Source: Spirochaetia bacterium (GTDB lineage: Bacteria > Spirochaetota > Spirochaetia > SZUA-6 > Bin103). Taken from it: a DNA stretch of 64,000 bases. A program made the translations under genes and the position numbers. The number at the start of each line of letters is the position of its first letter. The first letter of the stretch is position 1. Positions 30,555 to 40,372 of the stretch are shown one piece after another. The stretch is taken from positions 192,001 through 256,000 of the forward strand of contig CBDATQ010000001.1 of assembly GCA_965199955.1 (NCBI GenBank), in the 5' to 3' direction. The notes under the pieces are model-generated. The model made no database searches. It was not told the DNA's origin and saw only the letters and a list, made by a program, of their open reading frames with translations.

Positions 30555-32102
30555 CTACAGGGGGATGTTGCCGTGCTTCTTGGCCGGCCGGTCCTCGCGC
30601 TTGCGGGCCAGCATCTCGATGGAGCGGATCAGCTCGATGCGCATGGCGGCCGGCTCGATGACGTCGTCGATGAAGCCGTGGCCGGCGGCGATGAACGGAT
30701 TCATCACGGTCTCCCGGAACTCCTCCACCTTTTCCTGCCGCTTGGCGGCGCGGTCCTCGGCGGCGGCGATGTCGCGGCGGAAGATGATGTTCGCCGCGCC
30801 CTCGGCCCCCATGACCGCGATCTCCGCGCTCGGGAACGCCAGCACGCGGTCGTAGCCGAGCGACTTGGAGGCCATCGCGATGAAGGCGCCGCCGTACGCC
30901 TTGCGGATGATCAGCGCCACCTTGGGGACGGTCGCCTCGGCGATCGCGTACAGGATCTTGGCGCCGTGGCGGATGATGCCGCCGTGCTCCTGGGTGATGC
31001 CCGGCAGGAAGCCGGGGACGTCCACCAGCGACACGATCGGCACGTTGAACGCGTCGCAGAAGCGCAGAAAGCGGGCCGCCTTGTCCGAGGAGTCGATGTC
31101 CAGGGAGGCGGCGTAGACGCTCGGCTGATTGGCGAACAGGCCGACGGTACGGCCCGCCAGCCTGGCGAAGCCGATCACGACGTTCTGGGCGAACTCCGGC
31201 TGCACCTCGATGAACGAGCCGGAGTCCACCGCTTCCGCGATCATCGCGCGCACGTCGAACGGCCGGCGCGCGTCGTCGGGAATCAGATCGGCGATGCCGT
31301 CGGTGGCACGGTCGATGGGGTCCGAGACCGGCAGCAGCGGCGGCGACTCCTGGTTATTGAGCGGCAGGTAGCCCAGCAGGCGGCGCAGGCCGGCCAGGCA
31401 CTGCGCCTCGTCCGCGAAGCGGAAGTGCGCGACGCCGCTGGTGGCCGAGTGCGGGGCGGCTCCGCCCAGGTCGCCGTGCGAGATCTCCTCGCCCGTCACC
31501 GCCCGGATGACCTCCGGGCCGGTGATGTACATGTTGCTGATCGTGTCGACCATGAAGATGAAGTCCGTAATCGCCGGCGAGTAGACCGCCCCGCCCGCGC
31601 ACGGCCCCAGGATGATCGAGAACTGCGGGATCACGCCCGAGGACAGCGTGTTGGCGCGGAAGATCTTGGCGTAGCCGTCCAGCGACAGGACTCCCTCCTG
31701 GATGCGCGCCCCGCCGGAGTCGTTGATCTGGATGAACGGCACCCCGGATTCCAGGGCGAGCCGTTGCGCGTGGGAGATACGCGTGGCGTGCATCTCCCCC
31801 AGGGTGCCGCCCACGACCGTGAAGTCCTGCGCGGCCACGAACACCTGCCGCCCCTCGATCTTGGCGCTGCCGGTCACCACGCCGTCGCCGGGCACGCGTT
31901 GCCGGTCCATGCCGAAGTCGGTGGAGCGCACCGTCACGAACGGCTGCTGCTCGATGAAGGAATCGGGATCGACCAGCGCGGCGATCCGCTCGCGCGCCGT
32001 CATCTTGCCCTTGGCGTGCTGCGCGGCGATCCGCTTTTCGCCGCCGCCGGTCTCGGCCTCCTGGCGCTTGGTCCGGTACGTCTCCAACAAGCGTTCTTGC
32101 AT
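30555..32102 (-). CDS. Acyl-CoA carboxyltransferase subunit (MmdA/PccB-like)
   Basis: GKMTARERI, QDFTV.GGTLG, DSGGARIQEG, GPCAGGAVYSP, DVPGFLPG, RKAYGGA, KKHGNIPL. Confidence 0.96.
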   Translation of the reverse strand: MQERLLETYRTKRQEAETGGGEKRIAAQHAKGKMTARERIAALVDPDSFIEQQPFVTVRSTDFGMDRQRVPGDGVVTGSAKIEGRQVFVAAQDFTVVGGTLGEMHATRISHAQRLALESGVPFIQINDSGGARIQEGVLSLDGYAKIFRANTLSSGVIPQFSIILGPCAGGAVYSPAITDFIFMVDTISNMYITGPEVIRAVTGEEISHGDLGGAAPHSATSGVAHFRFADEAQCLAGLRRLLGYLPLNNQESPPLLPVSDPIDRATDGIADLIPDDARRPFDVRAMIAEAVDSGSFIEVQPEFAQNVVIGFARLAGRTVGLFANQPSVYAASLDIDSSDKAARFLRFCDAFNVPIVSLVDVPGFLPGITQEHGGIIRHGAKILYAIAEATVPKVALIIRKAYGGAFIAMASKSLGYDRVLAFPSAEIAVMGAEGAANIIFRRDIAAAEDRAAKRQEKVEEFRETVMNPFIAAGHGFIDDVIEPAAMRIELIRSIEMLARKREDRPAKKHGNIPL

Positions 32103-32145
32103 GCAGGCGAGAGGACGGGCCCGAGGGGACCCGAAAGCGACGCGG

Positions 32146-32174
32146 AGTCTACCCGTGCACCGTCGGCGGGTCAA
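32146..32174 (-). promoter_or_regulatory. Sigma70-type promoter of decarboxylase operon
   Basis: Minus strand TTGACC-17 nt-TAGACT. Confidence 0.7.
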
Positions 32175-32278
32175 TCGGGTCGCTTGGCAGAGACGAGCAT
32201 GGGCCAGACCTGAATGTATTGCCAATAGCCATACATCTGCTCGCCGCGGCAGATCTGCTCCGCCTATCCGTTCCTGGA

Positions 32279-33280
32279 TCATCCACTATGGCGGCGATAC
32301 AGCTCGGCGATGATCCGCTCGATCGGGGGATCCTCGACGAACAGATCGCGAAGCGGATAGCGGTCGGTCACCTGCCGGATCAGCTTGGCGGCCGAGATGC
32401 GGCGCGGATCGAAGCGCACGCGGACGCGATGGGCGCGCCGCTCCACCACTTCGGCATCGGGAATGGAGAGCTCGCAGTCCCGGTCCTCCAGGTCGATCGA
32501 CAGGTACCGCTCGCCGGCGACCGCCGCGCGCAGCTCCGTGACCGAGCCGTCCAGGACGATGCGGCCCGCGCTGATGACGATCACCCGGTCGCAGAGCGTC
32601 TCGATGTCGTCCATGTCGTGGGTCGTGAGGATCACGGTCACGCCGCGGTCGCGCAGCCGGCCGATGAAGTCACGCACGGCCAGCTTGGCGACCGCGTCCA
32701 GGCCGATGGTCGGTTCGTCCAGGAACAGCAGCGACGGGCGATGCAGCAGCGCCGCGGCCAGGTCGCAGCGCATCCGCTGCCCCAGGCTGAGCTGCCGCGT
32801 CGGCGTGTCCAGCAGGTCCTGCAGGCCGAGCAGCTCTACCAGCTCCTCGCACGTCTCGGTGTAGCGGTTCTGCGGCACCCGGTAGATGTCGCGCAGCAGG
32901 TCGAACGACTCGACCACTGGCAGGTCCCACAACAACTGCGTTCGTTGTCCGAACACCGCGCCGATGGAAGCGACGTAGCGGCGCCGGTGGAGCCACGGCG
33001 TCATGCCGTCGATCTGGCAGGTGCCGGCGTCGGGCACGAGGATGCCCGACAGCAGCTTCACGGTGGTGCTCTTGCCGGCGCCGCTGGGGCCGATGTAGCC
33101 GACCAGCTCGCCCCGCCGCACGGTGAAGGAGACGTCTTCCACGGCCGTGAGCAGCCGATGGCGGCGCCGGACCACCCCGGCCAGCGCGCCCAGCATGCCC
33201 GCCCTGCGCTCGGCGATGCGGAAGCGCTTGGTGAGACCGGCGGCGCGGATGTGGATCTCGGAAGCGGACGACGAACTCAT
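32279..33280 (-). CDS. ABC transporter ATP-binding protein
   Basis: GPSGAGKSTT, VFGQRTQL.WDLP, LSLGQRMR, FLDEPTIGLD, LTTHDM. Confidence 0.95.
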   Translation of the reverse strand: MSSSSASEIHIRAAGLTKRFRIAERRAGMLGALAGVVRRRHRLLTAVEDVSFTVRRGELVGYIGPSGAGKSTTVKLLSGILVPDAGTCQIDGMTPWLHRRRYVASIGAVFGQRTQLLWDLPVVESFDLLRDIYRVPQNRYTETCEELVELLGLQDLLDTPTRQLSLGQRMRCDLAAALLHRPSLLFLDEPTIGLDAVAKLAVRDFIGRLRDRGVTVILTTHDMDDIETLCDRVIVISAGRIVLDGSVTELRAAVAGERYLSIDLEDRDCELSIPDAEVVERRAHRVRVRFDPRRISAAKLIRQVTDRYPLRDLFVEDPPIERIIAELYRRHSG

Positions 33281-33365
33281 GCGATATCTCCTGATCGGTC
33301 GAGGACGCCGGCCTCGTCCGTCGCCGCCCGGCGCCGGTCCGGGCAGCGGATCACGAGGCCGTCAA
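33278..33365 (-). promoter_or_regulatory. Candidate cis-regulatory RNA leader, copy 1
   Basis: 31/43 ungapped identity with 35101-35143; competing stems over SD AGGAG. Confidence 0.55.
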
Positions 33366-33428
33366 AGCGAGGAGGCGAACGGTGACGTTACCGCAGCGCC
33401 GCGGCCGATGGAAGCGCGGCGATCGCAG

Positions 33429-34247
33429 CTACGAGCCGGTCGAGGTGTAGCGCCGCACGCCGAGCTGCCACAGAACGGCGGTCAAGGCAAGAAAGATGAA
33501 CCCGGCCATCGGGGCAAACCAGGCGACAGCCGCCGGTGCGCCCAGCGGATCCGGGCGGCCCAGAACATGCACCACCGGGAAGTAGGTGACGCTGCCGATC
33601 GGCACCACGAACAGGAACAGGTATCGGAGCGCGCGGTGGAACACCGGAATCGGATACTGCGTGGTTTCCACGCCTCCATGGGTGACGATGGCGAAGAGCT
33701 CCAGCGTCTCGGTGGTCCAGAACGACAGGACGGCGGAGAGCATGAGCAAGGCGAAGTAGGCGGCGACGCCACCGAGAAACGCCCACAGCAAGAGCGCGAC
33801 GTCGCTCAAGGCGGGGCCCCTTTCCAGGGCGGAGAGCGCCCAGCCCAGCACCACGGATCCCTGCAGCAGCCGGCCGATCCGCTTCGGAGCGAGGCTGCTG
33901 CCCAGGACCTGCAGCAGCGTCGAGCGCGGTCGCAGCAGCACCCGGTCGAGCGCGCCCTCCTTGATCAGCGGGCCGAACAAGTCGAATCCGCGCCCGATCG
34001 CCTCGGCCACCGCGAACACGACGTGAACGACTCCGTAGAAGAGCGCCACCTCCGCCAACGTCCAGCCGCCGATGCTCCCGAACCGGCCGAACAGCGCCCA
34101 GATGGCCAGGAAGTTCATCGCCGCCGAGACGAGCGTGCCGAGCGATTCCATCAGGAAGGACGAGCGGTACTGCATCTCGGCGCGAAGGTTGGCGGCCGCG
34201 TAGCGCACGGCCATGCGCAGCGTTCCCGGACCGGTCCTCCTATCCAC
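33429..34247 (-). CDS. ABC-2 type permease (DUF990-like)
   Basis: MQYRSSF, IGGWT, LDRVLLRP, QYPIPVF, C-terminal YTSTGS. Confidence 0.9.
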   Translation of the reverse strand: MDRRTGPGTLRMAVRYAAANLRAEMQYRSSFLMESLGTLVSAAMNFLAIWALFGRFGSIGGWTLAEVALFYGVVHVVFAVAEAIGRGFDLFGPLIKEGALDRVLLRPRSTLLQVLGSSLAPKRIGRLLQGSVVLGWALSALERGPALSDVALLLWAFLGGVAAYFALLMLSAVLSFWTTETLELFAIVTHGGVETTQYPIPVFHRALRYLFLFVVPIGSVTYFPVVHVLGRPDPLGAPAAVAWFAPMAGFIFLALTAVLWQLGVRRYTSTGS

Positions 34248-35103
34248 CCTGGATCACCACCTTGCGAATCCCGAGCGCCATCAGGCGGTGGCCGGCGGCC
34301 ACCAGGGCCACCACCCACGCCGCCTGCAGCAGCAGCGCACGCAGCGCCTCCGCGCCGGCCAGGTGTCCCGAGTAGATCCGGAACGGCGTGTCTATCAGCC
34401 CCGCGAACGGCAGCAGTTCCAGCACCGACTGTGCCCAGTGCGGCAGGTAGGGCAACGGCACGATCTGCCCGGAGCAGAACCAGGCTGCGAGCGGCAGGAC
34501 CGCGTTCCAGCCGGTGGAGCTGAGCGTCCACAACATGACGGTCTGGCCGAGCAGGGTGATCGCCATGCCGAGGAGCACCCCCAGCGCGATGGCGACCGCG
34601 AAGCCGGCCGCGGCGGCGGCTCCCGCCGGCGGGCCGAGGGCCCAGGTGCGGGCGCCGACGAGCGGCAGCAGCACGGCCGCGAACAGCAGCAGCGGCACGG
34701 CGCGCAGCGCGGTCCGGCCGATCCTCCAGCCGATGACGCTGACGCCCCAGTTGGCGTACAGGTCGAGCGGACGGAGCAGCTCGTAGGCGACCGCGCCGCT
34801 GCGGATCCGGTCGGACGCCAGCGGGTCGACGTTCATCGGGAAAAGCCCGAACATCGCCTGTCCCAGCCAGACGTAGGAGGCCAGGTGGACGGTCGTGAAG
34901 TCGCTCGCGTCGGGGGCGCTCCGATAGAAGCCGTCCAGGATCATGAAGCGCAGGAGGCCCCAGAAGATCTGCGTGCCCACGGCGGCGAGCGCCGCAGCCC
35001 GATACTGCAGGATCGCGCGCAGCCGCATCGATGCCAGTGCGGCGTAGCTGCCGAGTCTCCCATCGGCGTGGACGCGCACCGGTGGCACGAAAGACGACGA
35101 CAT
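34240..35103 (-). CDS. ABC-2 type permease (DUF990-like)
   Basis: LQYRAA, YVWLGQ, IRSGAVAYELLRP, SGQIVPL, LPF, C-terminal VIQGG. Confidence 0.9.
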   Translation of the reverse strand: MSSSFVPPVRVHADGRLGSYAALASMRLRAILQYRAAALAAVGTQIFWGLLRFMILDGFYRSAPDASDFTTVHLASYVWLGQAMFGLFPMNVDPLASDRIRSGAVAYELLRPLDLYANWGVSVIGWRIGRTALRAVPLLLFAAVLLPLVGARTWALGPPAGAAAAAGFAVAIALGVLLGMAITLLGQTVMLWTLSSTGWNAVLPLAAWFCSGQIVPLPYLPHWAQSVLELLPFAGLIDTPFRIYSGHLAGAEALRALLLQAAWVVALVAAGHRLMALGIRKVVIQGG

Positions 35104-35175
35104 CGTGAATCTCCTAGTGGGGCCAGGACGCCGACCTCGCCCGATCTTCCCGCGCCGTCGCGGGGGGCGGAAGGG
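35101..35175 (-). promoter_or_regulatory. Candidate cis-regulatory RNA leader, copy 2
   Basis: Paralog of 33278-33320 at the same distance from the ATG; UCCUGG/CUAGGA anti-SD hairpin. Confidence 0.55.
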
Positions 35176-35179
35176 TAGC

Positions 35180-36781
35180 TCACCGCTGCGCACGCATCCA
35201 TGCTCCGTTCCCTCCGGCGCACCCGACCGAGCCTGAGACGGACGAATCCGCGGACGCCGCTTCACCGGACGGCTGGGCGTTCAGCACCGGGAGCGAGCGG
35301 CGGCGCGGCGTGATCAGGCGCGCCGGCACGAAGCCGCGGCGTCTGCGCTCGATCATGCCCGCGCTCAGCAAGGCGGCGAGCGCTTCGTCGATCTCCTCCT
35401 CGCGCCAGCCGCGCAGATAGCCGAAGCCGCGCGTGCGCCGCAGCCCCATGGCCTCCGCCTCGTAGGTGGGCTGGCCGCCCAACAGCAGTGCCGTCTCGCG
35501 CAGGCCGAAACGGCCCCGGTGCCGGCGTACCAGCTCGGAGATCGCGGCGATCTCCGGCGGCGGCCCGGTCACGTCCCGGTCGCAGACGTCGCAGCCGCTG
35601 CACGCCACCTCGCCATCGGTGAACGGCGCCAGGAGCTGCTCACGCCGGCAGCGGCGGGACGCCGCGTACTCCAGCATGCCGGTGTAGCGCTGCCGGTCTG
35701 CCGGCGCCATCGTCTCCAGCCGGCGCTGCTCGGCTCCAGCGGCGTGCAGGAGCAACGCCTCCGCCGGGCGGCCGTCGCGCCCTGCGCGTCCCGCCTCCTG
35801 CAGGTACGCTTCCATCGACGGCGGCGGCTCCAGGTGGACTGCGGTACGGATGTCGCCCTTGTCCACGCCCATCCCGTAGGCGGAGGTGGCCACCAGCACG
35901 CCGTCGGCGGAGTCGAAGAACCACTGCTCGATCGTCCGTCGCTCGTCGGCGTCCAGGCCGGCGTGGTAGAAGCGCGAGGAGCCGATGCCGGCGGCCTGCA
36001 GGTGGCGGGCGTAATGCTCGGTGCCGCCGCGGCTGGACGCGAAGGCGATCAGCGGCCGTGCCATCGTCCGGGCGCACTCGACCAGGGCGCGCCTCCTGGA
36101 CAGGACCTGCCGGACCGAGTACCGCAGGTTGGTGCGGTCGGGATCGACCGAGACCACCGAAACGGGGGCATCGGCGTATATCACCTCCCGGATGCGGCGG
36201 ACGATGGGACCGCTGGCGGTGGCGGTGAAGGAGCTTACGACCGGTATGCCGGCGGCGCGGATCACCGCGCCCAGCTCCACGTAGGCGGGACGGAAGCGGT
36301 CGCCCTACTCCGAGATGCAGTGCGCCTCGTCTATCACGCAGTGGGAGATGCTCAGGCTGGGGAGCTGCTCCCCGAAGCGGCCGGCCAGGGCCTCCGGCGT
36401 GGTGAACAGCACGTCGATCTCCCGCTCGGCCAGCCCGTGCAGGATCTGCCGGCGCTCCGGCATCTCCTGGGCGCCCATCAGCGCCGCGACCCGCAGCGGC
36501 CCCTCGCGCAGCCGCCGGAGCTGATCCTGCAGCAGCGACAGCAGCGGCACGATCACCATCGTCGGACCGGCCAGCAGGCGCGCGGGAAGCTGGAAGCACA
36601 GCGACTTGCCGCCCCCGGTCGGCATCAGCACGATCTGGCTGCAGCCGTCCAGGATGTTGTCCACCACCAGCCGCTGCGCCGGGTAGAGGTACGGCACGCC
36701 GAACGTGGCGTGCGCCTCCGCCTCCACCGGATCGTGGTAGCGGTGGTCCGCCGTACCCGCGTCCGTCTGCACCCTTCGCAC
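35180..36781 (-). pseudogene. recQ: RecQ helicase interrupted by in-frame TAG (36305-36307) at the conserved Trp
   Basis: PTGGGKSLCFQLP, DEAHCISE*GDRFRPAY (family: DEAHCISxWGHDFRP.Y), FTATA, YHAGL, GMGVDK, YLQEAGRAGRDG, Zn motif CRR..CSGCDVC; both halves in one frame. Confidence 0.88.
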
Positions 36782-36830
36782 GGGTTAACGGCGCTGCCGG
36801 CACCGGCGCTTTCAACTCCGTGGCGTACGC

Positions 36831-37574
36831 TCAGGCGTCGGGATCGAAGTAGTCGTCCAAACCGACCGTGATCGTGTACAGCCGCCGGTACAGGAAGGTG
36901 ACGCTCACGGCGACCTGGACGGTGACCTCCGTGACCAGCGCCAGACTGTCCCGCAGCTCGTAGGTCGCGAGAATGGCAATGCCGCGCACCGAGCGCGGCA
37001 GCGGATCGACCGTGTAGTGCAATTCCAGGGGAATGCCGTCCTCGGACACCCAGAGCTGCCCGCGGATCGTATATCGCTCCTCCGGCTGCTCGATGCGGTA
37101 GCCGACCGCGGTCTGGCCCCGGATCGTGCGCCGCTCACCCATCCGCTCCGCCCCCACCATGGCCGACAGGTCGGCCTGGAACGCATCGGAGAAACGCGCG
37201 GAACTGGCGCCGGTCCTGCCGTCGGCCTCCTCGGCGTGCTCGACCGCCTTCCCGTCCTTGACGTCGCGCACGAGCTCGTAGGTCAGCTCGCCGTCGACCA
37301 CCCGCGCTCGCATGGCGGTCTCGCGCGTCGATCTGAGCTTGCCGTCCGCGGAGTGCTCCTGCGTATGCGTCACCATGGTGCCGGGAACCAGGTGTCTGGT
37401 GGCCGCGGCCATGGCGACGGCCCGCTCCCAGAGGGCGTCGGCGCTCGCGTGGGAGGCGGTGGCGGCCAGCAGCAGTGCGGTGCCGCAGGCGCGCAGGGTG
37501 CGCACGGAGGCCCTCACGGCAGAAGGCCGGATGTCGGTGGTGACGCCGGCACGAGGGGTTCGTACCCTGTCCAT
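36831..37574 (-). CDS. Secreted hypothetical protein (start uncertain)
   Basis: Signal-like CGTALLLAATASHASA, beta-rich body, coding bias. Confidence 0.65.
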   Translation of the reverse strand: MDRVRTPRAGVTTDIRPSAVRASVRTLRACGTALLLAATASHASADALWERAVAMAAATRHLVPGTMVTHTQEHSADGKLRSTRETAMRARVVDGELTYELVRDVKDGKAVEHAEEADGRTGASSARFSDAFQADLSAMVGAERMGERRTIRGQTAVGYRIEQPEERYTIRGQLWVSEDGIPLELHYTVDPLPRSVRGIAILATYELRDSLALVTEVTVQVAVSVTFLYRRLYTITVGLDDYFDPDA

Positions 37575-37588
37575 CCCTGGACACGCTG

Positions 37589-38353
37589 ATGAGCCCGGAC
37601 CCATTTCCCCATTCTGACACTGTCGAGGTGGACGGCGCAGCGCTTCCCGCGGCAGTCGTCTGGTCGGCGCTTGCCCCGCACCTGACGCCTGCGCGCCGGC
37701 AGCGGATCCGTGAGGTGGCCGTCGGTCGCAGCTTCGCGGTCGCCACCGTGCTGGAGCACGTGCACGACGACGGGAACATCGCGGTCGTGCTGCGCACCTG
37801 CGAAGGGATCGGCTTCCCGGTCGCGCACGTCATCAGGGCGGCTGTCGACCCGGGAGCGCCGGCCCGACCGCCCAACCGCGTCACCCAGGGCGCGGACAAG
37901 TGGCTGGAGGTCGCGTGGTGGAACGCCGGCGACCCCTGGCTCGAGCGCCTGCGCGCGGACGGCTACCGGGTGCTGGTGACTCGCGTCGGCGAGGGGCCGA
38001 CCGTCGACCAGGTGGACTTCTCGCGGCCGACCGCGGTGGTGTTCGGCAACGAGCACGCGGGTGTCACCGACACGACGGCGCGGGCGGCCGACGGCTGGTT
38101 CTCGATCCCGATGGCCGGGTTCACGCGCAGCTTCAACATCAGCGTGGCCGTGGCGATGGTGCTGCAGCACGCGCGTCGATCACGCGCTGCGATCCGCGGG
38201 GACGCCGCCGATCTCACCGCCGAACAGCGGCTCATCCTGGAGGCGCGCTATGCCGTCCGCTCGCTGCCCGGCGCCGGGGCGTTGCTGCGCCGCGCCCTCG
38301 GCGACGGTTCGTTTGACATCGGCAGCCGGAGTCGGAAGGGTTCGGACGCATGA
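37589..38353 (+). CDS. SpoU/TrmH family RNA methyltransferase
   Basis: LEHVHDDGNIAVVLRTCEGIG, QGADKW, VFGNEHAG, IPMAGFTRSFNISVA. Confidence 0.92.
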   Translation: MSPDPFPHSDTVEVDGAALPAAVVWSALAPHLTPARRQRIREVAVGRSFAVATVLEHVHDDGNIAVVLRTCEGIGFPVAHVIRAAVDPGAPARPPNRVTQGADKWLEVAWWNAGDPWLERLRADGYRVLVTRVGEGPTVDQVDFSRPTAVVFGNEHAGVTDTTARAADGWFSIPMAGFTRSFNISVAVAMVLQHARRSRAAIRGDAADLTAEQRLILEARYAVRSLPGAGALLRRALGDGSFDIGSRSRKGSDA

Positions 38354-39546
38354 TCATCGAACCACGGGTGCGAGGCTTCATCTGCATGACCGCGCACCCC
38401 GACGGCTGCGCCGCGAACGTCGGCGAGCAGATCGCCCACGTGCGCGAGCGCGGCCCCATCGACGGCCCGCGCTCGGTGCTGGTGGTGGGCGCCTCCACCG
38501 GCTACGGGTTGGCGTCCCGCATCGTCGCGGCGTTCGGCTGCGGCGCGCGGACGGTCGGCGTCTTCTTCGAGCGGCCCGGCTCCGCCAGGCGGCCCGCCTC
38601 GGCCGGCTGGTACAACACGGCGGCATTCGAGCGGGCGGCGACGGAGGCCGGACTGGGCGCGTGGAGCTACAACGGCGACGCGTTCGCCGACGAGGCCAGG
38701 GAACGCGTCCTCGACCTGATCCACACGTACCTGGACGGCTCGGTCGACCTGGTCGTCTACAGCCTGGCCTCGCCCCGCCGCGTGCATCCGGACACGGCCG
38801 AGACTTTCGACTCGGTCATCAAGCCGATCGGCGTCCCGTTCGCCGGCAAGACCATCGACGCCCGCTCCGGCGCCCTGGGAGATGCCGGCATCGAGGCGGC
38901 TACGGATCAGGAGGTGGAGCACACCGTGGCGGTCATGGGCGGCGACGACTGGCGGCGCTGGATCGACGCGCTGGACGGAGCGGGCGTGCTCGCGCCGGGG
39001 TGCCACACCCTCGCCTACACCTATCTGGGCCCGGAGCACACGTGGCCGATCTACCGCGACGGCACCATCGGCAAGGCCAAGGAGGACCTGCAGCGGACCG
39101 CCGACGAGCTGGATGCGCGGCTGCGCGCGCGCGGCGGCCGGGCGCTGCTGTCGGTCAACCGCGCGCTGGTGACGCAGGCCAGCGCAGCGATTCCGACGGT
39201 CGCCGTCTACCTGGCGATGCTGGCGCCGCTGCTTCGCGAGCGCGGCACGGACGAGGGCTGCATCGAGCAGATGGACCGGCTGTTCCGGGAGCGGCTCTGC
39301 GCCGGGGGAGAAATCCCCGTGGACGAAGCCGGCCGCATCCGCGTGGATGACCACGAGATGGAGGACGAGGTGCAGGCGGCCGTGCGCGAGCGCTGGGAGA
39401 AGGTAACCGAGCAGGGTTACCGGCAGATCCTGGACGTGGACGGCTACCAGCGCGAGTTCCTGCGGCTGTTCGGCTTCGGGATGCCGGGCGTCGACTACGG
39501 CGCGGAGGTCGATCCCGAGGTGGCGATCCCGTCGATCGACGGCTGA
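38350..39546 (+). CDS. fabV: Enoyl-ACP/trans-2-enoyl-CoA reductase FabV
   Basis: MIIEPRVRGFIC.TAHP.GC, GASTGYGLASRI, YSLASPRR, VMGGDDW, YRDGTIGKAK. Confidence 0.96.
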   Translation: MIIEPRVRGFICMTAHPDGCAANVGEQIAHVRERGPIDGPRSVLVVGASTGYGLASRIVAAFGCGARTVGVFFERPGSARRPASAGWYNTAAFERAATEAGLGAWSYNGDAFADEARERVLDLIHTYLDGSVDLVVYSLASPRRVHPDTAETFDSVIKPIGVPFAGKTIDARSGALGDAGIEAATDQEVEHTVAVMGGDDWRRWIDALDGAGVLAPGCHTLAYTYLGPEHTWPIYRDGTIGKAKEDLQRTADELDARLRARGGRALLSVNRALVTQASAAIPTVAVYLAMLAPLLRERGTDEGCIEQMDRLFRERLCAGGEIPVDEAGRIRVDDHEMEDEVQAAVRERWEKVTEQGYRQILDVDGYQREFLRLFGFGMPGVDYGAEVDPEVAIPSIDG

Positions 39547-39567
39547 TCGGCCGCGACTGAGGCGACG

Positions 39568-40326
39568 GTGCCGTTCGACGCCGAGCTGGAGCTCGCCAGG
39601 CAGGCCGCCCGCGCGGCCGGCGCCATCCAGCTCACCCGGCGCGGAGCCGAGGAAATCGACCTCAAGGCCGACGAGTCGCCGGTGACCGGGGTGGACCGCC
39701 GCTGCGAGGCGCTCATCCGCAGCGAGCTGCTCGGCGCCTTCCCGGACGACGGCTTCCTGGGCGAGGAGTCGGGCACGGCCGGCGGGACGAGCGGCCGCAC
39801 CTGGATCGTCGATCCGCTGGACGGCACCCGACCGTACATCAGGGGCATCGTCACGCACGCGGTGCTGATCGCCCTGGAGGACGCGGCCGGCCTGGCGCTG
39901 GGCGTCATCCACCTGCCGGCCCTTGACCTGACCTGCTGGGCGACCCGCGGCGGCGGCGCCTTCTGCAACGGCGATCCTGCGCGCGTGTCGGCGACCGCGA
40001 CCGTGGCCGACGCGATCGGCAGCGGGCTGGGCTTCCTGCAGCGCCACGACGAGCCGCTCGGCGCGCGTCTGTTCGAGCTGCTGCGCCGTACCGGCTACAG
40101 CTACGGGTTCATGGACGCCTACTCGTACGTGTGCCTGGCCACTGGCCGCATCGACTTCTGCGTCAACCTGCTCGACGCACCGTGGGACTGCGCGGCGGCG
40201 GCGGCCATCATCGTCGAGGCGGGCGGCCGCTGGTCGGACGCCGCCGGGGTGGAGACCGTGCATCGCGGCACCTTCGTGGCCAGCAACGGCGTCCTCCACC
40301 GGGAGGTGCTCGAAGCTCTGCGGTAG
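39568..40326 (+). CDS. Inositol monophosphatase family protein (HisN-like)
   Basis: KADESPVT..D, FLGEE, WIVDPLDGT, PWDCAA. Confidence 0.9.
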   Translation: MPFDAELELARQAARAAGAIQLTRRGAEEIDLKADESPVTGVDRRCEALIRSELLGAFPDDGFLGEESGTAGGTSGRTWIVDPLDGTRPYIRGIVTHAVLIALEDAAGLALGVIHLPALDLTCWATRGGGAFCNGDPARVSATATVADAIGSGLGFLQRHDEPLGARLFELLRRTGYSYGFMDAYSYVCLATGRIDFCVNLLDAPWDCAAAAAIIVEAGGRWSDAAGVETVHRGTFVASNGVLHREVLEALR

Positions 40327-40372
40327 GCGCCGGCAGATCGACGCCCGACCCCGATGCGATTAGGGTACCGCC

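Noticed and set aside
32195..32250. AT-richer imperfect inverted repeat ATGTATTGC-CAATA-GCCATACAT
   Set aside because: Could be an operator or terminator, but has no U-tract or second copy; cannot be assigned.
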